Positions 48,700-59,355 are shown, numbered from the stretch's first letter. The stretch: DNA of 64,000 nucleotides from Macrostomum hystrix (GCA_950097015.1 CATNEN010000007.1:2480001-2544000); one strand, 5' to 3'. Notes: generated by a model not told the origin, from the letters alone. Numbers and translations are program-made.

Positions 48700-49320
48700 A
48701 TGCTCCTTCTTCACTGTGTGATCTCAGCGTCCCTGGCTGCTGCCGTTTGTGGGGGTGAATACCACAGAGTTAGCGGACTGCACTGCATGAAATCCAACTT
48801 TGTGGAGACTCGGACCCATATTCTATCAAAGACGAGGTGCGCCAGTCTGTGCAATGCCAGGCTCGACTGCCAGGCATTTAGCGTGGCCGACGGTCCGTGC
48901 CAGCTGTTCGTGTTCAACAGGTGCAGCAAGTACGTGAGAGACTGCAGCTGCACTCGCATCAAGCAGGTGTTTGTGAAGCAGCAGTCGGGACTGCCGCCCG
49001 GAGCTCTGTGTCCTGCCGGATTCGCTCACGACATGTGCGGTACAAAGTACCAGTACATAGCTGGGATTCGAGACTGGGATGCGGCCAAGACCACCATCGA
49101 CTCATTGCCAGGCCTCACCATCATGCCATCATGTCAAAGCCATAATGACTGCAGAGTCCGCCACCTACATGATTGTGGGAGGCCTTCAGTTGCCGGGCAG
49201 CGCTGAGCCAGCCGGTGGATGGTATTGGGCCAGCTGCAACTCCATCATCGATGCGAATCTGTGGAAGGACGGTCAGCCGGACAACGCTGAAGGCAAAGAG
49301 AACTACGTCGCCCTGCACAT
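48700..49320 (+). pseudogene. Copy H: inverted PAN + C-type lectin (QPD), frameshifted and 3'-truncated
   Basis: ATG at 48700 (MLLLHCVISAS). 30 nt are replaced by CCAT at about 49126 (net -26, frameshift). Homology ends after ALHI at about 49322. Confidence 0.85.
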
Positions 49321-50107
49321 CCAGAACATCCAGCACATTCTGGAGGACAACGCCCTCCAGAAATACATCTCATAACTCGATCAGTTCCTCGGGCCCAGCC
49401 TTGAACTGGCGGGGTGGAAAATCCACATTCAGAATTGTAAAAGAGCCTCCATCCAACATGCTCGGTGTTCCATTAGAGTTCTTTGCAACCCAGTTTTCCG
49501 ACGTGTCTTACGGTTATATCCTTCATAAAGTTGTTTGATTCTCGCTAATTTTTTGCGTTGTTACAAAATTAGCTACTGCAAACAGGATTAGTTTCCTAGT
49601 TTTCCTAGAAAAAGACTTACGCTCAATAGGGTAGGTACCTCGAAACCCCGAAATCTCTTAGAGCCATTACACTATTCTTTCACTAAGTCGTGACATTTTA
49701 GCTGTCAATTGTCTTTCTAATTGAATTTACTACGATCGTTTTCTGGAGAGTAACTTATGCGCTTATCTCTACCGGAAAATCTGGCTGCAAATTTAATATG
49801 ACGTAAACCACTCAATATGCCTTGATAGTGCTGATTATTTGGTAGGCCTGTGTACATACACAGACAGTGATACATCAGGAAGTGAATCTATTTGCGTGTA
49901 GTAAACGATACCTTGGAAGTGCTTTACTATTCCAATTTTAGCTCGTATATTCTAGCTTCAGTCCTCAGTCAAAACTAGAGGTAAGTTTTTTAGGCGGGAA
50001 TTAGGCGAACCATCTGCAGCCTCACCTAAAGAGCAAAAAGTAAGAAAGCACTAAGCCAAGTTTTCCATAAAATATAGCATTTTGCAGTTCAGTCCTCATT
50101 TCCAGAT

Positions 50108-50850
50108 TTACTGAAACGGTGACAAGCATTCAGCCAGGGCGCCGCTGAATGCACCAGAGTTGAGCGGCCCGTCATTTAGATAAGGAATGGTGATGTGCAG
50201 GGCGACGTAGTTCTCTTTGCCTTCAGCGTTGTCCGGCTGACCGTCCTTCCACAGATTCGCATCGATGATGGAGTTGCAGCTGGCCCAATACCATCCACCG
50301 GCTGGCTCAGCGCTGCCCGGCAACTGAAGGCCTCCCACAATCATGTAGGTGGCGGACTCTGCAGTCATTATGGCTTTGACATGAACCATTTCTGAGTCAT
50401 CGGTGACATCAGCCATGATGGTGAGGCCTGGCAATGAGTCGATGGTGGTCTTGGCCGCATCCCAGTCTCGAATCCCAGCTATGTACTGGTACTTTGTACC
50501 GCACATGTCGTGAGCGAATCCGGCAGGACACAGAGCTCCGGGCGGAAGTCCTGACTGCTGCTTCACAAACACCTGCTTGATGCGAGTGCAGCTGCAGTCT
50601 CTCACGTACTTGCTGCACCTGTTGAACACGAACAGCTGGCACAGACCGTCGGCACAGTGAATGCCTGGCAGTCGAGCCTGGCATCGCACAGACTGGCGCA
50701 CATGATTTCAAATCTGACAGAATCGTGTTTGTCCACAAAGTTTGAGTTCAAACACTGCAGTCCGCTAACAGCGTGATAAACTCCAGCACCAGCCAGAGTT
50801 GCAAGTGAGACCACGAGAATGAGTTGTTGGGTCAATCGTACGTTAGTCAT
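50108..50850 (-). pseudogene. Copy I: PAN + C-type lectin (QPD) with a 1-bp frameshift near 50652
   Basis: ATG at 50850 (MTNVRLTQQLILVVSLATLAGA). GTGCCGAC versus GTGGCCGAC in paralogs. Both halves are otherwise open; could be an assembly error. Confidence 0.75.
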
Positions 50851-51611
50851 GGATTGCGATTCACAAAGGAGTTTCCAACAGATCAAGTCGCATAAGTCAC
50901 ATTGGCAAGACAGTGCCAAAAAGGAATTCTTCACAACCTTTAGAAAACTCTGTTCATCTCTGTAAAACTCAGTGATGGTTTTAAGATCATGTGGTGCCTC
51001 CTTTCACTTGCACTTCATTGGTTGCTGCATGACATCCTGAATGAAATTCATAACAGCCAATGTGCCCAGAATCGGATGCTGTCGAGTCCAGCCAATGTCT
51101 TGTCTTGTACCTGGCGAAATGTAGATAATCAAGGAAGTTGGCTCATTGTACTCTCAAAGTATCGCTGCTGCTTGGCCAATCACTAGACGATAGAAAAATC
51201 AGAGAAACATATTCTTACAGAAAGTTAGGTCATCGTTTTTATTGGAGTTTTAGCATGTTTGTAGCCATGGCTCCCAATGTGCTGTCAGACGGTCTTATTT
51301 GGGCTACTTTTGCATGAATGTCTTCCATTTTTTTACTTTATTTTTAACTTGCCGACAACCACAGCAAGCATACTCAGACAGTCACTCTGCTGACCATAAA
51401 GACAGAAGGCGAGGATCTAAAGGCTGCAGGACCTAGCTATTCCTTCATCCTAGAAGCAATCCTGTGCAATTTTCTCCGTGTTTCACAAAAGCTCGGCTTT
51501 CAACAAGTTAATGAAAAAATTGGTCGAAAAAAGCATTATTCAGGTGTGTGTTTCTGTCAGTAAAATTGTAATTTGTAAATTTGTAAATTGTAAATTGTAA
51601 ATTGTAAATTG

Positions 51612-52118
51612 TAAATAGATTATGTAGTAAGTGCAAAACAGAAGTTGAAAACGAGGTCCACTTCCTTTTTAAGTGCACTTGGAATAAATATAGCGCAGCA
51701 CGTTCGAAATTTGAGACGGAAGTTTCTGGGAAAACCCCCAATTTCATATCCTTAACAGCAGAAGAAAAATCTAACTACATAATGGCTCAAGACGATAGGG
51801 AAACCGCTGAAGCTTTAGCAAAATACATCATAGAAATATCTAAAATAAGGGAACAGCTGCCCTGAGACTACGAGATCTTACTAGCATTCAACAATAGATA
51901 TTTCATATTTTGTTTTATCCCTGCCGTCCCTTGTGTTTTACTGCTCTTATTTTTAATACCTTTGCTTTCCCTTCCCAGCTCGATATTTGATTCCTACTAA
52001 ACTTCGCTTTTTATGTTGCTTTTCGTTGTTCATTTAAATGTGTTGTTAAAAAAAATATAATAAAAAAAATCAGCACCCATAGATGGCGTGCGCGTTTTAA
52101 TAATAATAATAATAATAA
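51612..52118 (+). mobile_element. 3' end of a non-LTR retrotransposon (CCHC tail, 3' UTR, (TAA)n)
   Basis: NRLCSKCKTEVENEVHFLFKC..Y...R motif; 3' UTR ends AATCAGCACCCATAGATGGCGTG.GCGTTTTAA plus a TAA tail; second copy at 55669-56150. Confidence 0.75.
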
Positions 52119-52556
52119 ATTACAGGATGTGATGCTTCGATTCCAGCTGCTGTGACACAGAATGCCGCGATTCTGGTTGTCGCAATTACAGGATTTTATT
52201 TCTCGAATTTTAGCCACAAAATTTATGTACTACAGACAAATTAGAAGACAACAAAGGTATTCACTGGTATCAAAGTACCAACACCCAATGATAAAAAACA
52301 GAAAACAATTGCTTCTTTTATTTCACACATATTCATTCATTTTAGTTTAGCATCCAATAAGCGACGCATTTGAATAACACATGACTTTGATAACTTTAGA
52401 TTTATTTTAGTCGTAGCAGTGAGAAAGGATTGCGAAGAAATAATTTGTCAGGTGTTAGCTTTTGTTTCAAATAAACGATGCATTGCGGGTTGTATACCAA
52501 GAGCGGAGAGCTGGCGAAGAGGACGATTAAAAGTCTGCACAGCCGCAAGCTTCTGA

Positions 52557-53300
52557 TTAATCAAACGGTGAGACACACTCAGACATGGCCCCAATGTAGT
52601 CACTCGATGCAGCAACCGCATCGTTCATTTTGGAAGGCCACAGCGTACCAAAATTCTCCATGCCACCAGCGTTGTCTGGCTGGCTGTTGCTCCACAGGCT
52701 GCTGTCGATGGCTGAGTTGCAGGTAGCCCAGAACCAGCCGCCCGCTGGCTCAAGGCTGCCTGGAAGCTGCCTGCCTCCGACTATCACTGTTGCCCAGTGG
52801 TTTCTAGCCAGAATCGATGTCAGATGATTCGACTCCGTTAAGTTCGTGATTTCAGCCATGATTGTGAGGCCAGGAAGGGCGTCGATCGAAGTCTTGGCCA
52901 AGTTCCAGTCCTGAATCCCGGCATAGAGCTTGTACTTGGTGCCGCAGAAGTCGTCAGCGAACCCGGCAGGACACAAAGCTCCGGGCGGCAGTCCCGACTG
53001 CTGCTTCACAAACACCTGCTTGATGCGAGTGCAGCTGCAGTCTCTCACGTACTTGCTGCACCTGTTGAACACAAACAGCTGACACGGACCGTCGGCCACG
53101 CTGAATGCCTGGCAGTCAGTTGTTCGATCGCACAGAGTGGCACACTCAAGGTCAGATCTGGCGTCGTTGTGGGCCTGAAGGAACTGAGGCCTCACGCACT
53201 GCAGCCCATTGATCTCCGAGTAGATGCTCAAAACAGGCCGCCATCCGCAGATGGCGAAGGTGCAAAAGCACAGAAGGGCTTTGAGAATTTTTTCTGGCAT
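52557..53300 (-). CDS. Secreted PAN/apple + C-type lectin, copy J (QPD, MND), intact
   Basis: 247 aa ORF with signal peptide; divergent CTLD but the shared central block. Confidence 0.88.
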   Translation of the reverse strand: MPEKILKALLCFCTFAICGWRPVLSIYSEINGLQCVRPQFLQAHNDARSDLECATLCDRTTDCQAFSVADGPCQLFVFNRCSKYVRDCSCTRIKQVFVKQQSGLPPGALCPAGFADDFCGTKYKLYAGIQDWNLAKTSIDALPGLTIMAEITNLTESNHLTSILARNHWATVIVGGRQLPGSLEPAGGWFWATCNSAIDSSLWSNSQPDNAGGMENFGTLWPSKMNDAVAASSDYIGAMSECVSPFD

Positions 53301-54247
53301 GATGCAGAATAGGTCGCTTTCAGTTATGGAATTTTCGTTGTAGAGTTTCGTAATGGGCAGATTTCCCGCATGCGATGAAATTTATAGCCACTTTAATCCT
53401 CAGTTTGGCAATTGGATGTCGCATTCTTGACGAAAATGGCTCTAATACCTGAGTTTTTGCAGCTTCTAACTGTTTACTTCTGTTTAGACCCTCAACAGGT
53501 ACAGTGTTAAGCACCTGAAGCTACTATTTTTAATTGGCACATTGAACATCTGCATGAAATTCCCGATTAGAGAAGGGACTCGGCCACTAGTTACTCTTGT
53601 GGAAGGAGGGAAACTGGCAAAGCTAAATGCCTAGCCAGGCCAAGCTATAAATATTTTAAACCAGTGATGCAGACGGGAGCCTTGTGGAGTTACATTCAAG
53701 GCGTGGAGGACTCGCAGGAGGCAAGGCTCTTAAACCTCTCTGCTAGCTGTGACAGTCTGAGTCGGTTGATTTGCCATGATTTTACCAAATGTTTCTTGCT
53801 GGCTTTAGATTTATTTACTTTATTTCTGTCTGCAGAACTATTAGATTTGCAATCAATAATTTGATGACACTGTCTGACTTCTTTACACTGAAAACCAGTT
53901 TGCTCAGAAGACGCTTATGAACCTCGTAGCTATTGCAGATCAGCTCCCACTCGGTAGCCAATCGTTGTAGCTGCATGGTCACTACTCATATAAAATGTTG
54001 TAGTGAGACAGTGACAACCGCTTCGCTTCCCCATGAGTACACACTGCTGTGCATTTTATTGTCTAACTCCGCATTGTCTTTCAGAGCATGGGCATTACAG
54101 AGGTACATTGCAGCACCATAATAAATATATAAAGTGTGCATTAAACTCAAGGGCGGCATGAATAAAATAAGGAAACATTTTGCTGGCGAGAAATAAAAGA
54201 AATTATAATTGTGTCCTAAAATATGAAAAAATGAAAGTATGGAAGTG

Positions 54248-54715
54248 GGGGGGGAGCCGGTGGCAGAGCCGTTAACGCGTTTGCCTCTCGCACCACGGTC
54301 CCTAAGTTCGATTCCGCGACGAGGCCACAATTATTTGGGGCGCAGCCGCGCAGAGAGGTCTTGGGGGGTTGTCATGCAATTTACGCCCTTGAGGGCCAAC
54401 ATCCAATGCAAAGTGACAGTGTACACTGCCTGACTATGAGAAAGTCAGGGCAGATGTACACACCTGTGTGAGCGTATGCCTGCGTACAGTATCTGTGTGC
54501 GTGTGTGCTCAGGAGTCAGCGAAATGGGCAGAATTGCCTCCTCGTTGGCTGCGGGTCTAGTGTCACCACATCATGTGCCATTGCCCGAAACCCTCCTGCA
54601 ATTATTATTATTATTATTATTTTTATTTTTATTATTCTTATTATTACTATTAGTATTATTATGATGATGATGATTATTATTATTATGATTATTATTATTA
54701 TTATTGTTATTATTA
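54248..54715 (+). mobile_element. tRNA-derived SINE with (ATT/ATG)n tail
   Basis: A-box-like TGGCAGAGCCG at 54261, B-box GTTCGATTCC at 54306-54315, trinucleotide tail 54600-54715, second copy at 31120-31378. Confidence 0.75.
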
Positions 54716-55668
54716 AGTATGGAAGTATTTCTTACAAGATTTTCTTGTGAAGGTTTTTTTCTGCGACTTTCAGATAGAAATTGAAAAAATCTAAGGAGAA
54801 AGTTATTATCTCAGACCCGTAAAAATAAAATTCAGCTTTCTCGACTTTTCGGCGAGCACTTCTTTCTCAAGCTGAGGCACAAATGTTTTCTTGTCTCGGT
54901 CTCCAACGTTTGCCTTAAGTTAGGAAACCTAAGGAGTATCTACCACAACAGGCTACTTACTCTACGTGACACATTCCAACAGCTGTATTGATTTTCTGAG
55001 GAAAATGTGTCCTTCCTAGCAGAGACCAGAGGCAGTGCGTCTCCAAAGAGAAGATGCCTTTTGACCAATCAGCGACTGAGTCGTTTAATGCTTGCTTTTT
55101 GTTAGATTCACGTCTATAGTTGATGGCAAAGATTATATATCCACAAGATGAGCCACTCATTAACTACTATGTAGCCAAAGAAGCAAATGTAAGAAATGCC
55201 AGATTAGCGACGGAGTGAAAATCTACTACTGAATTCAATTTAGTCAGTAGTTTTGTTGCGCATGGCTTTTTTGTTTGAGCTACTTTTGAGCTGCAATTAG
55301 TTTTCAAAAGTGATAAAAATTTAAATCTAATGATAAGTTTTTTTAATATTTATTCTTTTATTTATTACTGATTATTGATTAATGATAATCAAGCATTGTT
55401 AATAATTATTATTTTAATTATATCCACGTAGACGTCTTTGTCGAAATAACGAGTGTAGATGTTTAGTTTATGCTGTCGTGCAACTTTTCGTGCCGTGCAA
55501 TATAAATCTGCCTCTTCCAAAATGTCGACAAAGACTGGGTGGAAAAAAGTGCAACGCGAACTGACCATCTACTTGTGAAGAAAATATATGCGAGTTACAA
55601 CCTCGTTCACAACAACGCCTTGAGTTTAGCTATAAGCTGGCCATGGTACTTAATGTAGAATACACACT

Positions 55669-56150
55669 GGTTATTATTATTTTATTATTATTATTATTAT
55701 TATTATTATATTAAAACGCACACGCCATCTATGGGTGCTGATTTTTTAAATGTATTTTTGACAACAGATATTTTACTGGAAAACAAAAAAACAAAAAATA
55801 CGAAGTTTTGTAGGAATCAACTATTGAGCTGGGAAGGGTTAAAAAAGGAATAAAAAAAAGAAATGTATATTGTTAAATGTTAATACGAGCTCGTAGCTTC
55901 AGGGCAGCTGTTCCCTTATTTTAGAGATATCTATGATGTACTTTGCTAAAGCTTCAGCGGTTTCCCTATCGTCTTGAGCCATAATGTAGTTAGATTTCTC
56001 TCCTGCTGTTAAGGATGTAAAATTGGGAGTTTTCCCAGAAATATTCTTCTCAAAATTCGAACGTGCGGCGCTATACATATTCCAACTGCACTTAAAAAGG
56101 AAGTGGACCTCGTTTTCAACTTCTGTTTTGCACTTACTACATAATCTATT
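55669..56150 (-). mobile_element. 3' end of the same non-LTR family as 51612-52118, in inverted orientation
   Basis: ORF 55899-56159 with CCHC motif; matching 3' UTR; (TTA)n on the + strand at 55669-55712. Confidence 0.75.
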
Positions 56151-57537
56151 ATATATCATAATCTATCGCAATGTTTCGCAAGCTAGCTTATGGTTTCCTT
56201 GTCTAAACGAGGATATGGTACGTCTCAACTCCGGGTTGTATATTTTTTTGTAAATATTTTTCGGCTGAATAATATGCTTAAAAGAGTAATAGAAGTGACT
56301 TAGCTTGCTTGAGTTCTGTGTCCTTTGTCTCCAATGGGTATCGAACTAAGAAACGAAATTTTTCCTGTGGTTTCTAATTGCTTTTGCAGGATTAATGCCT
56401 CTGCAGTTCAGCATGACCTCATTGTTGATCTTTGCTTTGGTTAAAACTTTATAGTCGCCCTTCGTGATTCTTTTTATCCTTAATTTCTCAAAAAAGTGTA
56501 CAAGCGTATATGTCCCTCAATCCCGCTGAATTGCTTTTTTGATGGTTCTATATATTCCATTTACGAGAGTACTTGGTATGTAGCAATCCTTATTGTAAAA
56601 CGATTGCAATGTCAAAAAGCGTGCATTAAATGAAAAAGTTTGCACTAAATTTATTTTAGCCAGTTAGGGACCGCGGGACGTTTAATGCACGCTTTTAATG
56701 CATAGTCTATGGTCGAGAATCCAGACTTAAATCGCGCAAAAATGCTCGCGCACTCGTGATCTCGACATTTAAGCACTCAAAACCAAAGATTATAAATACC
56801 CTTATAAAAGTTATGTATAGGGTATTTATAATATTTGCTCAAAACCGACTATGGAACCCCTCATTTACTGCAGTCGTTAAATGCACGCTTATAGCCCTAG
56901 AAATTAGCTGTCGGGATGCAGCCATACTAATAATGAATAAACCATTAGCCTGAAGTGGCAAGTCTTCGACAGTGTGAGTAATGCGCGAAAAAGACGCGAA
57001 GCTGATGTATTTGAGTTGGGTTGACGGGACCGGGTCAACGATCCCCGTGCTTCAACCGAAGCACTTGCATTCTAATTTTTTACGAAACAATAGGTAAAAA
57101 TTGTTAAGAGAAAACCTAATAAGCTTCAGTACGCTCGTACACTACTTATCAGTAGCAAAATCTCTGATCGCGAGACTGCCTAAGGTCTAGAATCTAATAG
57201 TTTTTCCTTATTTAAGACAAAAAATTCTAGAACTGATCACACTTATAGACTGAGAAAAGAAGCTAAAAATTGAATTGACTTCTTCCTAGCTTAATCTTAA
57301 CTTGGAAGAATTTTTGGGGAAATTCTTGTCTGTAATTCAGAGCTAATTGGAGGTTTCTTTCAACATGGCTTGAACATCTCGGCACCAATTTGAAGCGTTT
57401 CAAAGCGGATAGACCATCGACTCGTATAGGTGTGAGACAATGGCAGGGCGGCCCTGAAAACAGAGTTTTCGCGTTACTAGATAGCAACAGAGAAACCGTG
57501 GTTTTTGGGACTTTTTGTTAACGAGAACACAATTCCG

Positions 57538-57846
57538 CTAACTCACCATCCCAGTACCTTCAGCTGATTCCTTCTTAGTTGGCGTTTCAACGCAGAAATC
57601 CTTCGCGTAGCCCGCGTCGACCACAGCGCGGCGAAACTGCGGCAGCGCCGGGCCCCAGGCAGCGGTCGGTCGAATCAGCTGCAGCGGCGACCTGCGGAGG
57701 CGCCAGGCAACTCGGATGGAGACTGCGGCACCGATGACCAGGACACTGACCGTCAGCAACCAGCCGACGGCCTGGGACCAAGCGGGCAAGTCTTGACCAG
57801 CGTACTGCGACGGGGAGAAGTCCACCCAAGAGTAGACCATGATCAC
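57538..57846 (-). CDS. SLC6 (sodium:neurotransmitter symporter family) transporter, last visible exon (TM12, C-terminus)
   Basis: Acceptor cgcag/GTG; PAWSQAVGW..., LIRPTAAWGPAL. A GTGAGT near 57545 means a further exon is possible. Confidence 0.88.
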   Translation of the reverse strand: MIMVYSWVDFSPSQYAGQDLPAWSQAVGWLLTVSVLVIGAAVSIRVAWRLRRSPLQLIRPTAAWGPALPQFRRAVVDAGYAKDFCVETPTKKESAEGTGMVS

Positions 57847-58044
57847 CTGCGGGCAGCGATGCAAGTACTTTTCCGGGTTACATGCAGACACGTTTATAAA
57901 ACTGAAATCCAGAACAGACAGACATAAAAGTACAAGTATGAAAAAGATGAACTGAGTAGACGAAAACTGACAGACTGACGAGTTACAGACTGTAGACTAG
58001 AACGGCGTGACACAGGCAGTGGAGATTCAATTATAACGAACGGT

Positions 58045-58655
58045 CACCAACAGCGAACAGGCACCAACAGCGAACAGACACCAACAGCGAACAGACACCA
58101 AAAACGAACAGACACCAAAAACGAACAGACACCAAAAACGAGCAGACACCAACAGCGAACAGACACCAAAAACGAGCAGACACCAACAGCGAACAGACAC
58201 CAAAAACGAACAGACACCAACAGCGAACAGACACCAACAGCGAACAGACACCAACAGCGAACAGACACCAACAGCGAACAGACACCAACAGCGAACAGAC
58301 ACCAAAAACGAGCAGACACCAACAGCGAACAGACACCAAAAACGAGCAGACACCAACAGCGAACAGACACCAAAAACGAGCAGACACCAACAGCGAACAG
58401 ACACAAAAAACGAACAGACACCAACAGCGAACAGACACCAACAGCGAACAGACACCAACAGCGAACAGACACCAAAAACGAGCAGACACCAACAGCGAAC
58501 AGACACCAAAAACGAGCAGACACCAACAGCGAACAGACACCAAAAACGAGCAGACACCAACAGCGAACAGACACCAAAAACGAACAGACACCAACAGCGA
58601 ACAGACACCAACAGCGAACAGACACCAACAGCGAACAGACACCAAAAACGAACAG
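58045..58655. repeat. Intronic 17-bp minisatellite (AACAGCGAACAGACACC / AAAAACGAGCAGACACC), about 36 copies
   Basis: Two alternating 17-bp variants; causes the spurious Cys/Val/Phe-rich ORFs 58027-58780. Confidence 0.95.
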
Positions 58656-58716
58656 AAACTGACAAAGAACAGACGCCAATATCGAATGAATGAAATTACA
58701 AAGAAGTCGAGCTCAC

Positions 58717-59037
58717 TGCTAGAAACACAGGTGAGATGAAGCCCCAGCACAGAATCCACCACCATTTTGTGAGTCGCCATGGCACGCAGCCGCAGACCAC
58801 TGGTCCAGTCATCACTTCGATGTCGTTAGCAAATCGCCTGGCTCCGTAAATCCAGGCCACCGCAGCGCACTCGAGCACGGACAGTGCCATCACGTTCCAG
58901 CTCCCGCTGTAGTCGTCGAAGATGGTAAGCAGCTCAGGTCCGCCAGGTGTACACATACTCAGGCCTATTAGGCACATAACAGTTGAGGCGGACAGAATCA
59001 ATAGAGACTTGTAGCGACGAGCTCGAGGCCATTGGTC
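58717..59037 (-). CDS. SLC6 transporter exon (TM9-TM11)
   Basis: cag/GAC ... GCA/GTGAGC; 321 nt, phase 0-0; GGPELLTIFDDYSG, ECAAVAWIYGARRFANDIEVM. Confidence 0.92.
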
Positions 59038-59206
59038 CTGAAGGTTGAAGGTTAGATTTCGATTCACTGAGACGCAGTTATTTTTAAAGGCTCCGACTTT
59101 GGTTTTGTCCTCGTGCTGAGTAAAAACTAAAAGAACTGGCTGATATTGATAATTGTTGTTAGCACTATTGCAATTGCACAGATAAACAAAGAAAATACTC
59201 GCAAAC

Positions 59207-59355
59207 CTGTACGGCAGTCACCAAAGTTTCAACCATGGTAAACTGCGAGTCCAAGCCAAGCGTAATTAGCATCAGGAAGAATAGAATGGCCCAGAGAGGT
59301 GAGACTGGCAGCTTAGTCACCACCTGGGGATACACGATGAAGGCCAGTGAGACAC
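59207..59355 (-). CDS. SLC6 transporter exon (EL4, TM8)
   Basis: SLAFIVYPQ...[20 protein letters not shown]; GT-AG boundaries, phase 1-0. Confidence 0.93.

Noticed and set aside
49322-49500. QNIQHILEDNALQKY after the truncation of copy H as a LINE CCHC fragment
   Set aside because: The key cysteines are absent; the resemblance is too weak to call, though it is foreign sequence.
54248-54330. tRNA gene
   Set aside because: A and B boxes are present but no complete cloverleaf is evident; it continues into a repeated body and a simple-repeat tail, so it is a SINE head.
58027-58780. Hydrophobic Cys/Val/Phe-rich ORFs as membrane proteins
   Set aside because: 17-bp intronic minisatellite between two well-defined SLC6 exons.
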